The notes under the pieces are model-generated. The model did not search any database and was not told the DNA's origin. It saw only the letters and a program-made list of their open reading frames with translations. The position numbers were made by a program, and so were the translations under genes. DNA of 64,000 bases from Monocercomonoides exilis PA203 (taxonomy: Eukaryota > Protista > Preaxostyla). Below are positions 41,501 through 53,010 of this stretch, in pieces. The stretch spans positions 1-64,000 of the forward strand of contig LSRY02000075.1 in NCBI GenBank assembly GCA_001643675.2, read 5' to 3'. How positions within the stretch are numbered: position 1 is the stretch's first letter; each line of letters opens with the position of its first letter.

Positions 41501-41896
41501 TTGTATCATCATGTTCAAAGATTGATAAATCTCAATTTTGAGTTCAGTAGGCATAGGTCCATCAGACGAAATGACATCTTTATACATTTGAAACAATTCT
41601 TTAACCAGCAGAGAGAATCTTTTATTTTAAAATTATTGTAAAATTTAAACCAAAAACAAAATATCGCTTATAAACAATATTTTATAAACAGATGCACACT
41701 CCATAACGTTAGCTTCATCTTGTTTATCAAGAGCTAAGAAAGAATGAACAAGTTTTTTTGAATCTCCAATAACCGCATCGTCAAATGGTTTTATTCCTTC
41801 TGTTACTGCCTTTATAGATTGTATATATTCATAGACTTCTCTTCCTTTTTTCGAAAAAAGTGATAACTCTTCTGGCAAAAGGGAAAAACGATTCAT
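29506..41896 (-). CDS. CLEC16A: CLEC16A/GOP-1/Ema/TT9-family (FPL domain) endolysosomal trafficking protein, 4084 aa, 3 exons (41700-41896, 41336-41618, 29506-41280)
   Basis: The spliced N-terminus ..IYQSLNMMIQNI..KFDLDDTELLSYYTSILRSLAFKMTPENVVFF..AQYFAHPDNLSKTAMRTTLL aligns with the FPL consensus (QTLNILFENI..KFDFSDEEIMAYYISFLKTLSLKL..HFF..KFFNHPESMVRIAVRTITL). The exons total 12255 nt, in frame. The remainder is largely Ser-, Glu/Lys- and Gln-rich low-complexity sequence. Confidence 0.8.
41281..41335 (-). other. Spliceosomal intron 2 of the CLEC16A-like gene (55 nt)
   Basis: GAG|GTTTGA...TTCCAG|GAT; removal joins VVFFE to DDVGNF in frame with ORF 29506..41250. Confidence 0.85.
41619..41699 (-). 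other. Spliceosomal intron 1 of the CLEC16A-like gene (81 nt)
   Basis: ATGGA|GTGTGC...TAAAAG|ATTC; removal gives NVMEFSLLVKELFQM in frame. Confidence 0.75.
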
Positions 41897-43925
41897 TGAA
41901 GATCAATAATAATTATGGGTGTAAAACAAATTTTAATAAAAAAATTTTCTCAATGATTTTGAAATGAACCTTAATGAAGTTATTAATAGTTTCAAAAGAA
42001 ATGAACAGAATTATATATGTATATTTTATTCAAAGAATTTTGTTTCCTTTTTTTTTATTCACAATTTGGTTTCTCATTTTTCTGTAAACAGTGATGGAAA
42101 ACTAATGTTTGTTCAAAAATCAAAATACAAAATTTATTAAAATATAACAATTTATTTGATAAATTTATTTTTTGCGATCGTCTTATTTTTTCTTTGAAGT
42201 GAAGTGACTAAAAAAAGATTTCAGCCTTTTTTGAAAACACATTTTTTAATCTTTCTTTTATCTATTTTTTAACTCATCTTTCATCAATAAATATCTGTTT
42301 TTTACTTTAATATTGATACCCATAACAAAACATTCATTCTTGCATTTTAAATTTACTGTTTTTTCTGTGTTTATGGCTTTAATGAATTTGCATGCAGTTT
42401 ATGATTAAATTTACTTTATATTTTTGAGCATGCAGCAGCAAAAAAGAATGTGTTTTATTTGACCTTCGTTGGTAATTCACGAAGGAGAAAAATGTGCAAT
42501 TATGAAAGCCGGTTCGGCAAATGACAGTTATTTGATGGACGTTCAACACGCCAGAAAGTGTTTGGAAGACTACAGAAATCCAAAAATATTGCGATTCATT
42601 TCGTTTTGAAGGAGTGATTTTTTACCAATTTCATTATTTGAAGCCATACAAAGCAGTGTTGGATGCAAAACGAACTTGTTTTCTGACTTGAATTCTTTTT
42701 CCAAAGATTCTTTTATAACAACAATATGTTCATCGAGAAAAGAATGTATTGCCAGAAAATGGAAAAGAATATTAACTTAGTTTTTGATACAAAAACTGAA
42801 TGGAAAGCAAGTCCTACAGCAGTGAAAGCAGCAATGCAAAAAATGTTAGATGGTCTGGAATTTTTCATTTTTTCAAAAATGATATTTTGTAAATTTCCTT
42901 CAGTGAGACATCAATAAACCGTCAATGATACAAAGCTTGATTTCATTTAAATGTGAAGCAAAAAAAGGCCGGAATTCAGGAAAAGAACCGAATCACTTGA
43001 GCATTTATTTAAGAGAAATGTCTTCGTTTCAATTGACTTTAACATGCAATTGCCATTTTGCAACACAATCATGGAAGCTTGAAATCAATCCTTTTCGAGG
43101 ATTCCACAAAATTTCAACAAAAGAGAAGCACAAAGAAGGATTGACCGAGGAATCTCTGAAGCAAAAACAATTTTCAATCTGATAGGACGGAAGATAATCA
43201 AGAATAAAGATTCAGCTTGTTGGGAATGTTGAATGACTCAAAGATGAGGTGTGATCGACAAAAAAAGGAGGAAAAGGGAATAACAAGGGCTATCCTGTTG
43301 ACAAACAGACAAGAAGGAATAAAAACCATGTTCATAGAGAGTGGAATGCGAAATAAATAAATAAATAAATATTTCAATGGTTGCTCGAAAAGATGGAATC
43401 AAAGAAAAGCTTGATCTGATTTATAATATTTTGAAGGAGAAAAAGCAAGAAATATCACAAAATAGAAACACTTCTCGCAATGTTTTCGAAGATCAACTTG
43501 CATCAGATGTTTGTATTTATTTTTGTGCATTTATTATTTATTTATTCTTGATATACTATTTTCCATTTCCATTTATTCAAACAGAAGAAATCAGTTCATT
43601 TTTATTCTGATAATTTATACCCAACGCCAATATTTCCTCGAAGATATCCAAATTGAATATAAAACTTTTAGGATTATATTCATCGTTTTTGGGGGGTGTT
43701 TGTGAAGACAAAGCGATTCAAGGATTGAAAAAAAGAGGAAAACATTTAAATATTGTTTTTTTAAGAGTGATTATGAGACTGGTTCTGAATATGACTTTTT
43801 TTCAAAGTTATTGATTCAGAAAATGGAAGTTGAATGAGAAGAGTTGTTGTTGAAAAGGGAAAAATAATATTTTGCGAATGCTTCTGCTATAATGGTTTTC
43901 TACAACCCATTATTATCTTATTGAA

Positions 43926-46900
43926 ATGATTCCTTTTGTTTTGGTTTTGTGCTTGAGTTTATCATTCTGTGGCAATGATGAAAATGAACTGCTGCGCAAC
44001 GGAAAAGTCACCTTTTGCATTCCTGTTGCGAAGAAGAGTGTTGTTTTTACCAAGGGAAGTATTGTTCATGTACTCGGTAAGATTTACAATTCAACTGTTA
44101 AATTGAAGGGAATATTGGTCGAAAAGCGCGATGGCTGCTTAGCATTCGATATCTTCACAAGATCAATCCTTGTTGTTGAAAACTGCCATCTTTTGGAAAA
44201 GAGTGATTCTTATCATCATTATGTCAAAAATGAAGGAACATGCGAAATGATCAATACCTCCTTGTATTTTGAATACAAAGAAAAAAATGAGCTGATGAAA
44301 AGCGTTGTGCAGATGAATGATGAAGATTCATTGTTGCTTGTGAGAAAATGTGTTTGGAAGAATATTGCATTTTGTGGGAGTGGAAGCCTTTTGAGAGAAG
44401 GTTCAGGATGTTTTGAAGGAATTAAAAACTGTGAATTTGTGAATATCACAAAGAAACATAGCGAAAGAGAGACGAAGCAAATTGAAAAAGAGTTGATGAT
44501 GAAAATGAGCGTAATGGAAGATTGTCAAGTTGAAAGTTCAATGAATGTGCTTGAAGGAGGGATTGTGAGCGGAACGGAAGGATCTATTTTCTTTTCCTGC
44601 AACAATTGCACATTCAAGCACAACGAAAGAACTGATCGGAAAGTTAAAAATACAGAAAGAAATTCAACTACTGAGACACAGAACTTCATGAACGCTGAAT
44701 GGAATGGATGTTCTGCTCCATGTGGTGGAGCACTGTATGTGCATGATAATTCGAATGCAACGCTGACTGTTGAGAATTCATCTTTTGTGAAATGCAAAGC
44801 AACTTCAACGAGAGGAGGAGGAATATTTGCTCTGAATATTGCCGAATGCACAGTGAAACATTCCAAATTTGTTGAATGCAGTTGTATAATCACAGATAAT
44901 TATGGGGGAGGTGGAGCAGAAATTGAAGGATTGACAGTTCAAGTTTTTTTTGAGAATTGCTTTTTCAAAGATGATATTTCAGGGGACGATGGAGGTGGAT
45001 TGGGAATTTGGAGTTCAAAAACAACAAAATCAAAAGATTGTATTTTGGACTGTTCATATATTAATTGCACAGGGCTTAATAACACTGATTCTTATGGAGG
45101 TGGTATTATAAGTTGGGGCCCAGTTGATAAAATAGTTACTAAAAATTGTTTATTCCAAAGCTGTGATGCTATTTATTGTGGAGGCGGTGTTGCAATGAGG
45201 GTTCAGACTTTTGGAGGAGAATTAATTTGGTTTTGCTTTTTTCACAACAACGCTGCACAAAATGGTACTGACGTATTTGTGCATGATAACTCTTCGAATT
45301 CTCAACTCGTATGGTGCTGTTCAACACGAACAGAAGGAGTGAGATATTATGCTGGAGGCGATAAAAGTGAATGGCTTCCAAATGGAGGAAGAAGCAGATT
45401 CGTTTCTTCGAAGGAAAGTCAAGCCAATGCAAAAGACACATTCAGCTGCGGATTGAATGAATCCTGTGCATGTTTGACCATTAGCCATTGTCTATCCCAA
45501 ATGATTGTGGGGTTTGTGGAAGAAATAAAAGTGCTAGCTGGAATGGTTGTTGAAGGAAAAGGAATTGATGTTGGAGAGAAAACGATCTCTGTAAATGGAG
45601 TTTCGCCATCTGGGTCTGCCATTGCAACAAAATTTGAGGCAAATGGGTTGAGTCTGTTTTGCGTTGGAACAGGAGGATTGACTGTGAACGATCTATCAGT
45701 GATTCACAACACCTCATATGAAAACAACAGGCAATGCAGGCTGTTTGAGGTTGAGGGAAGTGGGTTGATGGATGTGAAGAGAATGAACATTTCGATGGAT
45801 GCAGCTCATTCAGAGGAGAGGTGTATTCAGAACTCACTCGTGAAACTGGAAGTGGGGCAGTTGAAGATGAAAGATGTAATGTGGGAACAAACATTCAGCT
45901 CCACAAGTTTGATATCACTTTCTCAGGAGGCAGCTGTGACATTGTATCTGGACAACTGCACATTCAACAATATTGTGAGAACAACAGCCGGTTCATCGTT
46001 GATGAGTGTGGGTGAAAGGTCATATTCAATAACTCTTGAGGGATGCACGCTTGATGGTTGTGGAAGTGAGGAATCTGAATTTGGAGGGGGAATGATGATT
46101 GAAATGGGAAGTTGGAGTTCATTGACGATAAGTGGAGGCATCGTGAAAAATTGTTTTGCTTCGATCACTCAAGGAAAAGGAGGTTGGATTGGGTTGAAAG
46201 TGGGAGATATAAATGCAGAGTTTCTTATTTCACCAGCATTTGAAGGGAACAGGGCCAAATGGGGAAGCAGTATTTTTGTTGACTCGATTGATTTGGAATC
46301 AACAGCAACAAGTGGGAAGATCACTTCATTGACAGCTTCAAATCCGTTGTTGGATGAAATTCGAGGATTCGATAAAGGCGATGATTCAATTCCGATTCCT
46401 TTGTGCGCTTATCTGATTTCAATTCCAGATGAGATTTATGTGAGCAATGTTGATGCATTTAATCACTTTCTTTGTGGATTTGCTGAATTTCCCTGCATGA
46501 TTCTGAAGCACTCACTGAAAAGGCAAGAAGAAGAAAAGAAGATTGTTGTCGATGGGATGATTGAAATGCAAGATGAGCTGGTATTCGACTCATTCAAGCA
46601 CACAATCAGAGGGAAAGATGGAAATAGTGGATGGAAGGTGAGCAATGATCCGAATAGAAGTGACGGAAGCATGATAACAGTCAGTGCAAATGCAAATATC
46701 AGTTCACTAATTCTCTCTGTTCCTTCTGTTCTTCCAAATTACGAAGCATTCTTCAGTTCCGCCTCACAATCATTTTCACTTGAAGATTGCTCGCTGACTT
46801 TTCAAGACTCCAAATCAGCGTTGTCTTATGTGTTTTTGTCAGTAACAGCAGGAGAGGTTTCTGTTTCATCGTTGAATGTCTTGTCTTTGGTTATTGGAGA

Positions 46901-49900
46901 TCATCCATTGATTTCTCTTGATGGAAGCAATGCTGCTGGTTCATTCACTTCTTTGAGTGCCGATGATATGAGCTCGACAGGAAATAGTGTTTTGTTTGGG
47001 GTGGCGAATGGAGCATCTTTTTCGATTAAAGATTCAACACTTTCAGTGAAAGCATCTTCACAAACAGATTTGCCATCAGGTTCAATTCGAGTTATTTCCA
47101 CAAATTCAGCCAAGATTTTGAAGCTCACAAACAACACGATGAATAGATTCAGAGGGATTGGGGAAAATGGAGGAGCTATAGAATGCACACTTGGGAGAGA
47201 TTGCTCTCTGGAAGTAGTTGGAGGGCTGATATCTGGGTGTGAGAGCAAAGGAGGAAATGGAGGAGGGCTGTGGGTTGAGATGAAAGAAGAATCATCCTTC
47301 ACTGTGGGAAACATGACAGATACTGACCAAGTGAATGCAATAACATCAAATGATGTCAGCGATTTATTTCAACTTGTGGATTGCAAGGCAAAGCGAAACA
47401 CATATGGAGAGCATGGATATGGAGGAGGGATTTATCTTCATTTGGATGATGGAGCTCAGTCATTCATTTTGGAGAAAATGTCATTTACTGGATGTGATGC
47501 TCAAGAAGGGAAAGAAATCTTCATCAATGCAAATGATCTTTCGAGTGCGATTAGCAGAAGCTCGATTGAATTTGAAGTTGATTTGAATAACTTCACAAAA
47601 TTGAATGGGTTTGAGAGATCAACATCAAGCGAGACATTTGCCATTCCACTGGTATTGTATCTGTGGAACAACTTTTCTGTGCAAGCATTTGTTGGAGGAT
47701 CATTGAGTCATGATTTTTCGAAGTGTGGATTTGAAGAGTTTCCATGCTCCACAATCACGAAGGCGGTGTCAATCTATTTTGAAGGGAAGAAAAAAGATAT
47801 CTCAATTATTGAGCCATTTGCCTTTAAGGAGGAATTGAGCTTGAGTACAGATGAATGGGGGATCAGAGCAAAGGACAATGAGATGAAATGTGGTGTTGTT
47901 GATCAGGCAGAAGGAGCACAAAGTGGATTGATAGAAAGCTCAGTCAGTGTGTCTGTGACCGGCATTGTATTTTCTTTGATTCAATCGCTGACCTTTCATG
48001 AAAGTGTGTTTGAGTGCTATTCAGGGAAGCTTACACTAAATGAATGTGGGATGGAAGGAGGCTCTGAGGCTATAACAACAGTGTTTGTGAAAGCTATTGG
48101 AGGGGTTGTGGAAGTGATTGAGTTTGGATCAAAGAATATGAAAAAAGGGGATACGTCGTTTTTCATTGTTGAGGGAAGCGCTGAAAGTGTGCCTTTACTA
48201 AATATGACGAAAAGCAATTTTGCTGAATTCACATTTGGCGATGGATGTGTTGTTGAGAGCTGCAATGGAAACATTGAAGAGATGTCAGGATGCACATTTT
48301 CATCGATTACTCGTTCGAAGGGAAGTGGAGGGTGCATCAGCATCACGAACAAGAATGATAACAATGGAAGAAATTTCAAAGTGGAAATAAATGACTGCAC
48401 ATTTGATGGATGTGCTGTTGAAGAAGAGGAAAATGAGATTGGAGGAGGTGCTCTCTTTTGTGAGGCATCTTCGAAAACGAGTCTGCTTATTAACGGGTGT
48501 AAGTTTTATGGTTGCACAGCACCATATGAAGGGGGAATTTCTGGATATGGAGGAGGGATGATGCTGAACATGTTAAATGAGGAAGAAGAGGAAACGTTTG
48601 TGATATCCTCACCAACTTTTTCTTCTGACAAACCAAACAATGCAAAATATGGGCAGGATTTGTTTATTTCGTCTCCATCGCTCGTCAAGAGCATCAAGAA
48701 CGAAACGCTTCCATTTGTGAAAGATAGACTGGAGAAACTGACAGAAGACTCGATGAGAGGGTTTGATGGAGAAAACAGGGAGCGTGCAATCCCACTGATC
48801 TATTTCTGGAAATCTGTTGGATCTAGTGTGTATATTGCAGAGGAAGGAAACAATGTTGTTGTGTGTGGGTTGTTGGAGTATCCATGTAGGTCTATTGATT
48901 ATGGGATGAATCGGATAAACAGTTCAACAGTTGAGCAGATGACGATTCATGGAGTTTGTGATGTGATGAGTGTGATAGAGATGAGTGGGATGAAGCTGGA
49001 AGGAACAGATGGAAAGTCAGACAAAATCCGATTTGTTCAATCAATTAAAGAAAATGGGAATGCTGTTGTTGAATGCAAAGGAGTTGTTCAATTCAATGAA
49101 TTGGGGATTCTGATTCCCAGTGCCTTTGATAATGGAGCAAACATCCTCATCCGGACAGGTTCAGATGCAGTCAAAACAAGTATTGTGAGTTGCACAGTTC
49201 ATAAAATTGAAAATGTGAAAGATGAGGTGTCATTTGTTCTGATCAGTGCTTTAAAAGGAATTTTTTCTATTGAAAAGACAAACATTGTTGGATTCTCAAC
49301 GATGCATGAGATAATGAGCACATCAGCTGATTGTGTGACAACCATGAACAATGTGATATTTAAAGATATTTCATTGGGCGGGAAAAGTGCAATTATGATG
49401 AGTGAAAGTGTGATTTCTGGATGTGGAAATGATTATTCAGAAGAAATGTGGAATATTCTATTTGAGCAATGCACTTTTGTGAATGTGAAGAACAATGAAG
49501 CAAGTTACCCTTCGTTGTTTTACTGTGATATTTCAAATAAAATGAGATTGAAAATGGATAATTCAACAATTGATGGGTGTGGGTCGACAAGTTCAAATGA
49601 AGGAGGAGGAATGTTCTTCCTCCTCAATGAGAGGGAGAGATTGGAAATGAATCACACAAATGTGACAGAATGCTTCTGTTCGAACACTGGAAGAGGAGGA
49701 GGATTGTTTTTTAAATCACAGAGTGTCTCACAGGAAGCATTGCCATTTGTGCTGTCGAACATCACCTTCCGAGGGAATGTTGCTTCAAAGGGGAGAGACG
49801 TGTTTGTGAAGTGCACTGATCTTGACTCACAGATAAGTGAATCTCAATTTTTAATTGATTTCAGAGAGCCATTTGTGAAGGATCAAGCGATTTGGGGATG

Positions 49901-52900
49901 CACAGCAGACAATTATGGGGATGAAGAGGATCTTCTGAAGAGGGTGTTTGTGTTCAGGAGCGAATTCATATTTGTTTCATCGATTGTGGGGAACAACAGC
50001 GACAGTAAGAACTGTGGGGAAATGAAAGGCGCATGCTCATCGCTGAATGTTGGGATGAGCCACATCATTCCCTCAAGCTATTCACAGCTGTATATTTGGA
50101 ATGAAACGACTTTAACTGGTTCGTGCTCTGCTCAAAAGGTGACCATAAAATCGATGGAAGCGAACAGAAATGCAGAGATAAAAGTGATTGAGATCAACTT
50201 GGCTGGTGAAGGAGCTGTGACAACTTCTGAGTTTGTTCGATTTGAGAATATTTCATTTGGTTTTGGTGGAATACAGAATGTTGCCTGCTCGTGTTTATTA
50301 CATCAGCTGAATGGATCTCTTATTCTCGAATCTGTTTCATTTCAATCTGAGTCGAGAACAACAGAGAATTCACAGACCATTTTTGATTTTTCTCTGATTA
50401 TTGTTGAAGAAGGGATATTTGAGGTCGATAAGTGCAATATTGGTCATATTGGTTTCTCGAAGCCTGTGTTTCAGATATTGCATTCAGAAATGGCAACATT
50501 TGAGGATGTGGGAGTGGATGATGTGGATTGCAAAAGTTCGATGATTGAATGTGATGAAAGCGAGAATTTGGGCATCATAAAGTTGAAAGCATCTAATATC
50601 ACCCTGCAAGATAAAAGCCTGTTTGCATTTGAAAATATCCATTCGTCTCTGTTTGTTTCATCATTGGTACAGTCGTCGTTCACAAACATCAGCCGATCAA
50701 CTTCTGGATCAAGCATTATTTGCACAACACATCCAATGAGTGGATTTGAGATTCGTAACTGCTCTTTCCATGAATGTGTGTCAAAATCGCTTAAAGGGAG
50801 TCAAGTGGCAATAGCAATGAGTGAGAATATTTTGATGAAGTTGTGCAAGTTTGAAGGAAATGCAAATGCTGATGCAGAATTGAATGAAATAACTAATGAG
50901 ATCTGTCGGTGGAATGGATCTGTTGTTGATTTTTCGAACTGCTTCGTGATGATGAAAGATACAATAGTTTGTAATTCCTCAAAAGGAGGAATGAGTGTAA
51001 GTGAAGGATCAACAATAGTTATTCAAGAAGGAAGATTTGAGAACAACAGCCCATCCATTGAGAATTATCCATCGGTGCGGAGAAACATGTTGTGTTCTGA
51101 TTCAGCTGAGGTGAATATTATGAGTCTGAAGGGAGGAGATGGAGTGTTGCCAGATTCATCGATGTGGATTCTGAATGATGGATGCACGCTGAAGGGGATT
51201 GTTGAGGAGCGAGCATCACCATTGTTCATCCCAGTGCTGGAGGATGTTTCTGTGAATGAAAATGGAAGAAATGCCATGATAAAATTCAAGGGCTCTCTTT
51301 TTGTGCCATGTGACTTATCTTTCAGAGTTGTGCATAAAACAGGGGATGTGGAGGTGATTGAGACATATCCTTTTGAGGAAGACAGTTTTGTATCAGAAAC
51401 GGAAGTTGGTGGGATGATTCCATCAGAAAATATTTCAACGATTGCAGACGAAACGGAGGTGTCTGTGATGATATTGTATGGAAAGCAATTGGCTGCAACT
51501 TCTTCTCAGATACTGAAGAACAGAACAGAACCAAAGACAGGAATTGATAAAGTGGTTGAAGGAGGAAAGGAAGGAAAATTCTCATGGATATTGATTGTTT
51601 GCATTGTAGCTGTTGTAGTGCTATTAATTGTGTCGATAATATTCATTGTTCGATGGAAGAAGGTGAAGAATGAAGCAGAAGACTTGAGAGAGATTGTGAA
51701 TGATAACATCAGAAAAGATCCGAAGGCATTTGAGATGGTGACGATGGAGATGTCACCAGAAGAGCAGTGGAGGAGAGCAGAGAGGGAGGCTGAGAAGAAG
51801 AATGATGAGAGGATAAAGAAAAGGGTGTATGAGAAAAGTTTGGGACATTCCGAGTCATCAGAGCATCTTCTCTCTGAGAGTGGATCAACAGAATACATTT
51901 TGGGAAGAGACTCAGACAAGATCCCTCAATGGATGCTGGAGAAGGTTGATGAGGAAGAAGATGATATATCGAGAAAGCGAACACCATCACCATCCATTTC
52001 ATCCACTTCTACCACAGACACGTCAGACACAGAATCCACATTTGTTCGATCGGAAAGTCTGTGCCCAACCACATCGTCGATGTCGAATCTGGTGGATGCA
52101 ATGGCCTGCTCGTCTCCCCATGAGAAGCTGATTGTGGATCTGAGGGATTCGCTGTTCATGCTTCTTCATGGAAAGAATGAGAAGAAAGAGATGGCAATCG
52201 GAACTCTCCAGGAGAGGGAGGTGACGGCTGCTCAGATCCTGTTCTGGGTGGCCAATCTTGCACTCCACTCGTTTGATGAAATGAACAATCCACTTCAATC
52301 TCTTACCAATCTGAGTCCCCACATTGTGCTGTTCTCTGAGCACATGGTAATTACAATTGCCCTCCACTCTGACTGCTCTTCTTCAGATTCTGATTCATCC
52401 TCCATCTCTTCATCAACTGTTGTCACATCAACAAGTGATGATGATGATGATGATGACAGAAACTCTCTGCCCTCGTCTGCCTTTGAGGATGAGGAAGACA
52501 ACAGGAAGGAGTGCATGAGGTGGAAGGCGCCAGAGCTGCTGAATGGAACAAGGAAGCATGCGACGAAGAAGACGGTTGTGTTTTCTGTTGGGATGATGGT
52601 GTGGGAGTGTGTGACGCTGCAGATTCCGTTTGGGGAGTATTCGGGAGAGGCAGCAGGGAGCATGATTGTGCGAGGAGAGAAGGTGGGGATGGGTGTTGCG
52701 AAGGGGTCGCGTGTGAGGGGGGGTTGTGGGTGGGTGCCTGCGTTATGAGGCAGAGGATCGGATGACGCTGGGAGATGTGAAGCGGGAGCTGATCAAACTG
52801 TTCCCTCCGGGTGCAGCAGTGCTCACGATGACAGATGCGATCGGGTACGAAGAGGAGTCGGAGGAGGCCTGCAGCACCAGCTTGGCCATCATGGCCAGTG

Positions 52901-53010
52901 GAGCCAGCATGAACAGCACGACATGCATGACCAGCATGACAGACATTGGCAACAGATCCAGAGACATGAAGAAGCCAGAGGAAGTGAAGGATGAGGCGAA
53001 TGGCAAATGA
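43926..53010 (+). CDS. Second giant receptor-pseudokinase (~3030 aa): signal peptide, ~5 CG..C modules, TM, and the same cytoplasmic pseudokinase tail. +1 frameshift in the G7 run at 52717-52723.
   Basis: ORF 43926..52748 (MIPFVLVLCLSLSFCG; TM WILIVCIVAVVVLLIVSIIFIV) plus ORF 52726..53010 supply the same C-terminus as the P1 gene. P1 has gtgagaggggtt where this copy has one extra base in a G run. Confidence 0.88.
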
